64,000 bases of DNA from Octopus vulgaris. Its lineage: Eukaryota. A program made the position numbers and the translations under genes. The notes beneath the pieces were generated by a model. That model did not search any database. It worked only from the letters and a program-made list of their open reading frames with translations, and was not told the DNA's origin. The DNA lies in contig CATOCA020000007.1 in the NCBI GenBank assembly GCA_951406725.2, positions 127,899-191,898 on the forward strand, given 5' to 3'. Positions within the stretch are counted from its first letter, which is position 1. The number at the start of each line of letters is the position of its first letter. Shown here one piece after another: positions 1-12,863 of the stretch.

Positions 1-253
1 CGAAGAACCTGAGAGACCTGCATGGGGTGGATACAGATGTCTTTAAAATGAAGCTGGATCTCTTCCTGTCAGGTGTCCCAGATGAACCAACTTCACGGCA
101 GGAGGGGCAGATGAGGGCAGCTGCATCGAACTCTCTCATGCACCAAATAGCAGTTGCTAGAAAGCCTCCATGAAGTGAAACCAAGTAGCAACACCAAATG
201 GCGGTGCCCCAGCATGGCCACAGCTCATAAGCTGAAACTAGAATCAATCAATC

Positions 254-254
<1 letters not shown>
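1..254 (+). mobile_element. 3' end of CR1/L2-group LINE (ORF2 C-terminus, 3' UTR, (ATCA)n tail)
   Basis: Encodes ...[33 protein letters not shown] (TGA 171-173). Nearly identical to the reverse complement of ~56160-56413. The tail AATCAATCAATCA runs directly into a TA tract. Confidence 0.9.
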
Positions 255-285
<31 letters not shown>

Positions 286-588
286 ATGTATATATATGTT
301 TATGTATATATATGTATATGTATATGTATGTATACGTATATATATATATGTATATGTATGTATATATATGTATATGTATGTATATGTATATATATGTATA
401 TGTATGTATATGTATATATATATATATGTGTATGTATATGTATATATATATATATGTAAGTATGTATATATATATATATATATGTATATGTATATATATA
501 TATGTATGTATATGTATATATATATATATATGTATGTATGTATATATATATATATATATATGTATGTATATGTATATATATATATATG

Positions 589-637
<49 letters not shown>

Positions 638-991
638 GTATATATATATGTATATGTATGTATATATATATATGTATGTATATATATATATATGTATGTA
701 TATATATATATATGTATGTATATGTATATATATATATATGTATATGTATGTATATATATATATATGTATATGTATGTATATGTATGTATATATATATATG
801 TATATGTATGTATATATATATATATGTATATGTATGTATGTATATGTATATATATATATATATGTATGTATATATATATATATATGTATGTATGTATATA
901 TATGTATATGTATGTATATATATGTATATGTATGTATATATATATATATGTATATGTATGTATATATATATATGTATATGTATGTATATAT

Positions 992-1023
<32 letters not shown>

Positions 1024-1263
1024 GTATGTATATATATATGTGTGTATATATATATATATGTATGTATGTATATATATGTATATGTATATATATGTATATG
1101 TATATATATATATATGTATATGTATGTATATGTATATATATATATATGTATATATATATGTATATATATATGTATGTATATGTATATATATATATGTATG
1201 TATATGTATATATATATATGTATATGTATGTATATGTATATATATGTATGTATATGTATATAT

Positions 1264-1294
<31 letters not shown>

Positions 1295-1339
1295 TGTATA
1301 TGTATATATATATATATGTATATATTTATATATATGTAT

Positions 1340-1371
<32 letters not shown>

Positions 1372-1420
1372 GTATATATATATGTATATGTATATATATA
1401 TATATGTATATATATATATT

Positions 1421-1505
<85 letters not shown>

Positions 1506-1507
1506 GT

Positions 1508-1556
<49 letters not shown>

Positions 1557-1592
1557 GTATATATATATGTATATGTATATATATATATATGT

Positions 1593-1624
<32 letters not shown>

Positions 1625-1727
1625 GTATATATATACATATATGTATATATATATGTATATGTATATATATATGTATATGTATATATATATATATGTATAT
1701 ATATATGTATATGTATATATATATATG

Positions 1728-1774
<47 letters not shown>

Positions 1775-1866
1775 GTATATATATATGTATATGTATATAT
1801 ATATGTATATGTATATATATATGTATATGTATATATATATGTATATGTATATATATATGTATATAT

Positions 1867-1923
<57 letters not shown>

Positions 1924-2474
1924 TGTATGTATATATATGTATATGTATGTATATGTATGTATATATATATGTATGTATATGTATGTATATATATATGTAT
2001 ATGTATGTATATGTATGTATATATATATGTATATGTATGTATATGTATGTATGTATATATATGTATATGTATGTATATGTATGTATATATATATGTATGT
2101 ATATGTATGTATATATATATATATGTATATGTATGTATATATATATATGTGTATATGTATGTATATGTATGTATATATATATATGTGTATATGTATGTAT
2201 ATGTATGTATATATATATATATGTATATGTATGTATATGTATGTATGTATATGTATGTATGTATATATATATATATGTATGTATATGTATGTATGTATGT
2301 ATATATATATATATGTATGTATATGTATGTATGTATATGTATGTATGTATATATATATATATGTATGTATATGTATGTATATATATATATATATGTATGT
2401 ATATGTATGTATGTATATATATATATATGTATGTATATATATATATATATGTATGTATATATATATGTATGTAT

Positions 2475-2529
<55 letters not shown>

Positions 2530-2718
2530 TATATGTAAGTATATATATATGTATGTATGTATATATATATGTATGTATATATGTATGTATATATATATGT
2601 ATGTATATATATATATGTATGTATATATGTATGTATATGTATATATATATATAGATATATATATATGTATGTATATGTATATATGTATATATATATGTAT
2701 GTATATGTATATATGTAT
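255..2718. repeat. Irregular (TA)n/(TATG)/(TATATG) tract, ~2.5 kb, G-polar on +
   Basis: Seen directly; near-strict purine/pyrimidine alternation with G interruptions. Confidence 0.97.
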
Positions 2719-3222
2719 GGCACTGTCATGCCTTTGGGTGTCAGAAGTGAAAGTAGAGAAATCTGACGTCAGACGTCAACTTCGTGTATTTACGTCGTCT
2801 TTTGTTTATTTACGCCGTTTATTTACGTACCACTGAAATGCAAGTAAAAGCTTGTATGTATGTATGTATGTATATATATATATACATGTATGTATGTATA
2901 TATATATACATACACACATATATATAATATACATGTATATATACATATATATATATATATTTAATACATACATATATATAATATATACATGTATTTTTAC
3001 CGCCTTTAGTCGCACAAATCGACCCCAGAACTTATTCTATCGGTCTTTTTTCTTAACCACTATACATTATATACATACATACAGATAGATAGATAGATAC
3101 ACACACACACATATAATAGATATAAAATGTGTACGTGTGTACATTTTTCAGAAAAAAATTCATACATTTTAAATATCAATAGCATTTCTCTTATTTTTTA
3201 CATGAAGTTTTCGAAAAATGAA

Positions 3223-3403
3223 TTTAGAATGTAAAAATCAAATATATCAAATTAATAAACGCAAATTATTTAGAATGTAAAAATCAAATATATCAAATTA
3301 ATAAATGAATTTAGAATGTAAAAATCAAATATATCAAATTAATAAACGCAAATTATTTAGAATGTAAAAATCAAATATATCAAATTAATAAACGCAAATT
3401 ATT
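3223..3403. repeat. AT-rich minisatellite, 4 copies of a 41-46 bp unit
   Basis: TTTAGAATGTAAAAATCAAATATATCAAATTAATAAA(CGCAAATTA/TGAA) repeated 4 times just downstream of the transposase stop. Confidence 0.9.
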
Positions 3404-3499
3404 TTCAAATATCATTTTCAACGGTGAGATTATCAAAATATAAACTTGAAGTTAAGTTTAAAAATAAATGCGATACTCATTCTGTCTTGATACTTATGC

Positions 3500-4402
3500 T
3501 CAAATACATGGATATAGCTGTCGAATTTGTTCTATCAACTTCCCGAATATATCATCCTTAAATTCATAGCGCCATATGAATTCGATGAGATGGGTCTGAA
3601 GTAAATTTCTGGCTGTTCCACATTCTCTCCTCTTTCGAGTCTTTACGTGTTTCCATAAACATTCTATGTGGTTGGTTGTGGCAAATGTTACCGGATCAAC
3701 AAAATTTATAGAATGATTCACGGTCAAATGTCTGTATCCTAGCTGACTGAGTGTATTATACGAACGCCAAAGGTCGGATATTATTGTTGTACCAGGCAAT
3801 ATACGCTCGCGTATAATCTGTAATAGAGTGTCCGCTGTTCGATTTTCAACTGCCACTAAAATACATCTACTATCTCTTTCTAATGCACCAAACACCCATT
3901 GCGTTTTAACCCGATGGCCAACATGATATTTTCTCTTAACAAACGCAGTTTCATCTATTTCAACGATTCTATTGGGTCCTCCCAGTTTAATATTCTGTGC
4001 AACATAATATTCTGCACATACATCGCGGTAAAAATTCCTCCAATCGGTTACCGCTACATTTGCTAAATGACATTCCTGTCCTATTCCTTTTGCTAAATCT
4101 TCTTTGGCCCAGTAAAACAAAATATCTATGATTTGTTGACACTTCAATTTGCTATTTTCTAAAAATGTTCCTTTTCTAATTGACACGGATTTTCTACAAG
4201 GTCTTCCACACGACCATATTATTTCATCAGATATGCTTTTTTTCGTTACTTCTCTCATGGTAGCTCCACACGATGTACATATTTTCTGGGTATTCAAAAG
4301 GCCATGTCTCTTAAGCCAATTAATGCTATCTGCTGTTGTAGCAGTAGAGACGGCAATATCGCGGTGACTAATTCCTCTTAAACTTGGATATGCAAAAGCC
4401 AT
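3500..4402 (-). CDS. Merlin / IS1595 (ISXO2-like) DDE transposase, intact 300 aa
   Basis: N-terminal Zn ribbon (CTSCG...WSCGRPC..SVSIRKGTFLE), then VEIDET..KRKYHVG...QWVFG, TIISDLWRSY, HLTVNHS.NFVDP, TTNHIECLW and HLIEFIWR, all typical of this family. Confidence 0.9.
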   Translation of the reverse strand: MAFAYPSLRGISHRDIAVSTATTADSINWLKRHGLLNTQKICTSCGATMREVTKKSISDEIIWSCGRPCRKSVSIRKGTFLENSKLKCQQIIDILFYWAKEDLAKGIGQECHLANVAVTDWRNFYRDVCAEYYVAQNIKLGGPNRIVEIDETAFVKRKYHVGHRVKTQWVFGALERDSRCILVAVENRTADTLLQIIRERILPGTTIISDLWRSYNTLSQLGYRHLTVNHSINFVDPVTFATTNHIECLWKHVKTRKRRECGTARNLLQTHLIEFIWRYEFKDDIFGKLIEQIRQLYPCI

Positions 4403-5054
4403 ATTAAAAATTGTTTAGCACGTGTTGATATCACACTGAAAGTTTCTAACTGAATAAATTTCAAAGTTTGAATTACGCACGTGGTGGTCAGTGGTCATTC
4501 TGATTGGTGTATGTAATCGCGGTGATGGTCATGGGGGTTCATTTGTGCAGATTTTGGTGTGATTTCTTTTTTAAAAACAATAATGAATAATGCAAGAATA
4601 TATTTATTCTTGGGTAGTAGAGGAAGAAGGCTGATGAGGAAAGGGGGTGGGAAAATCTGGGAGTGCCCTGATGGTCCTATTTTGAATGGTCAGTGGCGGC
4701 TGGCAGTCAGTTCAATTCAGGAGAATATTTCTATTGAAAGGCTTGTTTATAGAATTTGCTTAGGTGTTATACTAAAAAACATTAGTGACAAAGTTAAGGG
4801 GTAGAAGGTGGAGAAGAAGAAGGAGAAGATGACGATGATGATGATGGTGGTGATGATTATGACGACGACGATGATGATGATGATGAAGAAGAAGAGAAAG
4901 AAGAAAAAAACAGAGAAGGGAGAATATGAATGGGTTAAAGTAGTGAGGTGTTGTATGACTTGAAGTTGGCATGTTATGGATTATAGCTGTGATTAGTAAT
5001 GGACTCCTTGGAATGTAACACTTGTGTGTGAATATTTCTTTCATTCTAAAGTTG

Positions 5055-6165
5055 AGGTATATTAATTGTTTGTCAAGAAGTGGCCTGTATTTTGTAATAA
5101 AGAGACTTTCTTTACTTATTCGTTGTCTCGAGGTTGTATCGTCCCTAAATTGGTAGAGGGGGAAAATCCTGAAGCTTGGTGTTTTTTTGTTGGCGCAAGT
5201 ATCTATGTGTTGGCTAAAAGCTATTTTTCTGTTTTGGGGAATTTTTATCTGGGATCTGTGCAGGGCCATTCGTTTACACAAACTACTTGACACCCGGAGT
5301 AGGTTAGTGAGTATATTAGGTTTTCTGAAGCACATGTGAAGTTGCTTTTCACTGTAAACCGTTGTCCCTGTTTGAAGGAAAACTCTGATCCCTCAATTAG
5401 ATAGTCGCATATCCCGCAATTGGGTCTTCCACATTTTTTTACTGTCGGCTTCTGTGTTGAAGAGTGAATTCGGGCTTGTGTTAGGAGACTTTTCATGGAT
5501 TTAGGCTGTCTCTTGCTTTTTATGATTGTGTGTGTTTGGAGGATTGTGTTCATTCTGTGGTCTTTTTTTAGGAGGGGTATTTTGTGGAGGATGGTGCCGA
5601 AGGCTTCGTTATTGAGAGGGTTGTGTGTGGAGATGTATGGTAAGGCTTTTGGTTGTAAGTTTTTCTTTGATTTGGGATGTCTCAGTTCCTTGATGTTAAG
5701 TTGAAGGGCACGTTGAATGCACTTGTCAATAAGTGAAGGTGGATAGTTCCTGGTGATAAGGGTATCTTTTAGTTCTTGTAGTCGTGTGTCTCTGGTGTTT
5801 GCGTTCGAGACTATAGTGCATATCCTTTTTGCTAGGTTGAAGGGGATATTCATCCTGGTGTGTCTGGGGTGGCATGAATTGAATGGAAGATATTGCTTAG
5901 AGTCTGTAGGCTTATAATATATGTCTGTTTCTATTATATTATTAGCTTTCTTAATGAGGATATCGAGGAAGGGGAGTTGTTGCTGGCTATATTCTATCGT
6001 GAATTGGATGTTTACGTCCAGTCCGTTTAAAATTTCCTGGAATTCTATGAGTTTTTCTATATTTTTATGCCAAAGGATGAAACAGTCATCTAGATATCTC
6101 TTCCAGTTGTTTTCTATGTAGATGGAGAAAGGGCTGCCATATCTTTCTAGAACCTTACGATATAT
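5055..6165 (-). mobile_element. Penelope-like element (Neptune-like), 5'-truncated: RT C-terminus plus disrupted GIY-YIG endonuclease
   Basis: [42 protein letters not shown] and [11 protein letters not shown] deletion/frameshift near 5285 removes the YIG motif; the frame resumes as KRMALHRS...RQRISKESLFITKYRPLL. Confidence 0.88.
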
Positions 6166-6254
6166 GTATGGATGTATATATATATATGTATGTATATGTA
6201 TATATATATATATATGTATGTATATGTATATATATATATATATGTATGTATATG

Positions 6255-6303
<49 letters not shown>

Positions 6304-6600
6304 ATGTATATATATATATATATGTATGTATATGTATATATATATATATGTATGTATATATATGTATATATATATATATATGTATGTATATATATGTATA
6401 TGTATATATATATATATGTATGTATATGTATATATATATATGTATGTATATGTATATATATATATGTATGTATATGTATATATATATATGTATGTATATG
6501 TATATATATATATGTATATGTATGTATATATATATATATGTATATGTATGTATATATATATATATGTATGTATATGTATATATATATATATATATGTATG

Positions 6601-6635
<35 letters not shown>

Positions 6636-6714
6636 GTATGTATGTATATATATATATGTATGTATATGTATATATATATATGTATGTATATGTATATATA
6701 TATGTATGTATATG

Positions 6715-6745
<31 letters not shown>

Positions 6746-7701
6746 ATATATATGTATGTATATGTATATATATATATATATGTATGTATATGTATATATA
6801 TATATGTATGTATATGTATATATATATATATGTATGTATATGTATATATATATATGTATGTATATGTATATATATGTATATGTATGTATATGTATATATA
6901 TATGTATGTATATGTATATATATATATATGTATGTATATGTATATATATATATATGTATGTATATGTATATATATATATATGTATGTATATGTATATATA
7001 TATATGTATGTATGTATATATATATATATGTATGTATATGTATGTATATATATATATGTATGTATATGTATATATATATATATATGTATATGTATATATA
7101 TATATATGTATGTATATATATATATATGTATGTATATGTATATATATATGTATATGTATGTATATATATATATATGTATATGTATGTATATATATATATA
7201 TGTATATGTATGTATATGTATATATATATATATATGTATGTATATGTATATATATATATATGTATGTATATGTATATATATATATATGTATGTATATGTA
7301 TATATGTATGTATGTATATGTATGTATATGTATATATATATATGTATGTATATGTATATATATATATATGTATGTATATGTATATATATATATATGTATG
7401 TATATGTATATATATATATATGTATGTATATGTATATATATATATATGTATGTATATGTATATATATATATATGTATGTATATGTATATATATATATATG
7501 TATGTATATGTATATATATATATATGTATGTATATGTATATATATATATATGTATGTATATGTATATATATATATATGTATGTATGTATATGTATATATA
7601 TATGTATGTATGTATATGTATATATATATGTATGTATGTATATGTATATATATATATGTATGTATATGTATGTATGTATATATATATATGTATGTATATA
7701 T

Positions 7702-7735
<34 letters not shown>

Positions 7736-7786
7736 GTATGTATATGTGTATATGTATATATATATATATATATGTATGTATATGTG

Positions 7787-7823
<37 letters not shown>

Positions 7824-8044
7824 GTGTATATGTATATATATATATATATATATGTATGTATATGTGTATATATATATATATATGTATGTATATGTATTTA
7901 TATATATATATGTATGTATATGTATATGTATTTATATATATATATGTATGTATATATGTATATATATATATGTATATGTATGTATATATATATGTATGTA
8001 TATGTATATGTATATATATATGTATGTATATATATATATGTATG

Positions 8045-8091
<47 letters not shown>

Positions 8092-8936
8092 GTATATATA
8101 TATGTATGTATATATATATATATATGTATGTATATGTATATGTATGTATATGTATATGTATATATATATATGTATGTATATATTTATGTATATATGTATA
8201 TGTATGTATATATGTGTATGTATATATATATATGTGTATGTATATATATATATATGTATATGTATATATATATGTATATGTATATATATATGTATATATA
8301 TATGTATATATATATGTATATGTATATGTATATATATATATATGTATATGTATATATATATGTATATGTGTATGTATATATATATATGTGTGTATGTATA
8401 TATATATATATATATGTATATGTATATATATATGTATATATATATGTATATGTATATATATATGTATATGTATATATATATGTATATATATATGTATATA
8501 TATATATATATATATGTATATGTATATATATATATATGTATATGTATATATATATGTATATGTATGTATATATATATATATGTATATGTATATATATATG
8601 TATATGTGTATGTATATATATATATGTGTATGTATATATATATATATATGTATATGTGTATATATATATGTATATGTATATGTGTATGTATATATATATA
8701 TATATGTATATGTGTATGTATATGTATATGTGTATGTATATATATATGTGTATGTATATATATATATGTGTATGTATATATATATATATGTATATGTATA
8801 TATATATGTATATATATATATATGTATATATATATGTATATATATATATATATATATATGTATATGTATATATATATGTATATGTATATATATATATGTA
8901 TATGTATATATATATGTATATGTATATATGTATATG

Positions 8937-8969
<33 letters not shown>

Positions 8970-9000
8970 GTATATGTATATGTATATGTATATATATATA

Positions 9001-9049
<49 letters not shown>

Positions 9050-9059
9050 GTATATGTAT

Positions 9060-9091
<32 letters not shown>

Positions 9092-9346
9092 GTATATGTA
9101 TATATATATATATGTATGTATATGTATGTATATATATATATATGTATGTATATATATATATGTATGTATATATATATATGTATGTATATATATATATGTA
9201 TGTATATATATATATGTATGTATGTATATATATATATGTATGTATATATATATGTATGTATGTATATATATATGTATGTATATATATATATGTATATATA
9301 TATATATGTATGTATATGTATGTATATATATATATATGTATGTATG

Positions 9347-9379
<33 letters not shown>

Positions 9380-9384
9380 GTATG

Positions 9385-9431
<47 letters not shown>

Positions 9432-9672
9432 GTATATGTATATATATATGTATATGTATATATATATATGTATATATATATATATGTATATGTATATATA
9501 TATGTATATGTATATATATATGTATATATGTATATGTATATATATATATATGTATATGTATATATATATGTATATGTATATATATATGTATATGTATATA
9601 TATATATATGTATATGTATATATATATGTATATGTATATATATATGTATATGTATATATATATATGTATATG

Positions 9673-9703
<31 letters not shown>

Positions 9704-10006
9704 GTATGTATATGTATGTATATATATATATATGTATATGTATATATATATGTATATGTATATATATATGTATATGTATATATATATGTATATGTATATA
9801 TATATATGTATGTATATGTATGTATATATATATGTATGTATATATATATATATATGTATGTATATATATATGTATGTATGTATATATATATATGTATGTA
9901 TATATATATGTATGTATGTATATATATATGTATGTATATATATATATGTATGTATATATATATATGTATGTATGTATATATATATATGTATGTATATATA
10001 TATATG

Positions 10007-10059
<53 letters not shown>

Positions 10060-10593
10060 GTATGTATATGTATGTATATATATATATATGTATGTATATA
10101 TATATATGTATGTATGTATATATATATGTATGTATGTATGTATATATATATATATATGTATGTATATATATATATGTATGTATATATATATATATGTATG
10201 TATATATATATATGTATGTATATATATATATGTATGTATATATATATATGTATGTATATGTATATGTATGTATATGTATATGTATATATATATATATATG
10301 TATATGTATATATGTATGTATATGTATATATATGTATGTATATGTATATATATATGTATGTATATATATATGTATGTATATGTATATATATGTATGTATA
10401 TGTATATATATATGTATGTATATATATATGTATGTATATGTATATATATATGTATGTATATGTATATATATATATGTATATGTATATGTATATATATGTA
10501 TATGTATATATGTATATGTATGTATATGTATATGTATATATGTATGTATATGTATATATATATATGTATGTATATATATATATGTATGTATAT

Positions 10594-10624
<31 letters not shown>

Positions 10625-10752
10625 TGTATGTATATATATATGTATGTATATGTATATATATGTATATGTATGTATGTATATATATATGTATGTATATGTA
10701 TATATATGTATATATATGTATGTATATGTATATATATGTATGTATATGTATA
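6166..10752. repeat. Irregular (TA)n/TATG tract, ~4.6 kb, G-polar on +
   Basis: Seen directly; local higher-order units such as (TA)nTGTATGTATATG. Confidence 0.97.
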
Positions 10753-12014
10753 TCGGTGCCACCTCACTCTCCCGTGAACATCTAGATTCCTTCCTCTCTT
10801 TCGTCCAATCTTTCCATCCAGCCCTCCACTTCACTTCCACTATCTCCAACACCTCTGTCTCCTTCCTCGACATTTCGGTTAGCATTCTTCACTCCACTCT
10901 TACCACCTCCATTCACTACAAACACACAGACTCACACTCATACCTCAACTTCTCTTCCTCCCACCCAGAACACACCAAGCTTTCCATCCCCTATTCCCAA
11001 TTCCTCCGTCTACGTAGGCTCTGTAGTGACGACCATGACTTTGAGACTCAGTCTCAACGTATGGCTCACCACTTCACCCTACGTGGATACCCCCTCACCA
11101 CTATCCACACCGCCCTTGCCAGAGCACGGTCCATGGACCGTGTATCTGCTCTCTCTCCCCGAACCCGCCCTGTAGTCTCCCGCCTCCCTTTTCCCCTCAC
11201 TTACCACCCCACGACCCTACGTCTCCAACGCACCATTCTTCGAGCTTTCCGTCATCTCCAGTCCGACCCGTCCACTTCACACCTCTTCCCTAACCGACCC
11301 CTCCCCTCTTTCAAACGAGCCCACAACCTTCGAGACCTTTTGGTCCATAGCTCCTTCCCTGACCCTACCTCCCAACCCGGCTCGTTCCCCTGCTCCCGCC
11401 CACGTTGCCGCACTTGCCCTTACCTCTCCAACACCACCCGCCTCACTAGCACCCACCATCGACCCTATCCCATCATCCACTCCTTCACCTGCACCTCCAG
11501 CAATATTATCTATTGCGTCTCTTGCTCTCTCTGCAATTCCTTGTACATCGGACAAACGGGACGCCGCTTGGCTGCCCGGTTCGCGGAACACCTTCGTGAC
11601 ATCCACCTTGCGAACGACACACCGGTCTCACGCCATTTCCGCTCCACCGGTCACTCCTTGCAACACCTATCTGTGTTCGGTTTGTCCTTACACAGAGGCC
11701 ATCCGGATTCCCGTTTGCGCCGTGAACAGGAATTAATCTTCTCTCTTCGCTCTTATACGCCATTTGGTCTCAACTCTCCCCCTCCTCACCTATCCTTCCC
11801 CCCGTCCCCTACTTCTTCAGTCCTTCATCCTTTCACCCCTACTCCCCTTCCCTTCTTCCGTCTTTCTCCCTCCCTCCTTCCTTCTTCCCCTTCCCTCTGC
11901 TCCCTCATTCCCCTTCTCTCTCCCCCCTCCTCTTCTCCCCCTCCCCCTCTTCTCCCCCCCTCTTCTCCTCACTACACCACACGACTTTACACATCACATC
12001 ATATATGATGTGCC

Positions 12015-12436
12015 ATACTAATACATACACCAACTAATACATACTAATACGTGCTAATACATACTAATACATACTAATACATACACCAACCCTATACATA
12101 CACACGTCCAGACCCCTCATACGCACTTATACTCTCTCATACACACACACACACACACTTATACATACTAATACATACACCAACCCTATACATACACACG
12201 TCCAGACCCCTCATACGCACTTATACTCTCTCATACACACACACACACACACACACACACTTATACATACTAATACGTACTAATACATACTAATACATAC
12301 ACCAACCCCATACATACGCCTGTCCAGACCTATCCTATGCACTAATACTCTCTCATACACACACACACCCTTATACATACTAATACATGCACCAACCCTA
12401 TATATACACACGTCCAGACCCCTCCTACGCACTAAT
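12015..12436. repeat. Compound tandem repeat (~95 bp unit with ATACTAATAC and (CA)n) in the PLE 3' region
   Basis: CATACACCAACCCTATACATACACACGTCCAGACCCCTC... recurs about 4 times. Confidence 0.85.
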
Positions 12437-12593
12437 AGGTGGTCATTCAACCCTATTATCTCCCCTTATTTCGCTCTCGCGTCTCATGTTTGATCTTTGA
12501 CCTCTGGCCGAAATCAGATCGCCATGTTGATTCGTTAGTTACTGCACGCATTTTTTTCTCTCCTTTTTTCTGTGTTTTTTTTCTCTCTGTGTA

Positions 12594-12631
12594 TCTTTCT
12601 GTTGAAGAGCGTAGGCTCGAAACGTTAAAGA
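12594..12631 (+). ncRNA. Minimal hammerhead-like motif with variant core
   Basis: TCTTT-CTGTTGA-A-GAGC(GTAG)GCTC-GAAA-CG-TT-AAAGA. Stem I is TCTTT/AAAGA, stem II is GAGC/GCTC and stem III is the palindrome ACGT. The core has U at position 6. Confidence 0.6.
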
Positions 12632-12762
12632 CTTGTTTTATTTATATTTCCTGAGCGCCATACTAATACAATTATTTGTTTGTTTTCCACCTGCCTTCGT
12701 CTTTTGTCTATTTTCATAAAGCTTCCCGTTATATATATATGTATGTCTGTATGTGTATATAT

Positions 12763-12796
<34 letters not shown>

Positions 12797-12863
12797 GTAT
12801 GTGTATATATATGTATATATATATATTTGTGTATATATATATATGTATATTTATATATATGTA

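Larger units (their letters stand above)
10753..12730 (+). mobile_element. Penelope-like element (Neptune-like), 5'-truncated just after the RT DD motif, with an open GIY-YIG domain and 3' repeat region
   Basis: [78 protein letters not shown] and [15 protein letters not shown]. The 3' region has a hammerhead-like motif and ends in a TA tract. Confidence 0.9.

Noticed and set aside
3223-3403. CRISPR-like array (also considered for 36244-36590)
   Set aside because: No unique spacers; these are plain tandem minisatellites in a eukaryotic context.
4772-4920. Poly-His/Arg/Leu protein tail
   Set aside because: Translation of (GAT)/(GAC)/(GAA) microsatellites in the PLE 3' region.
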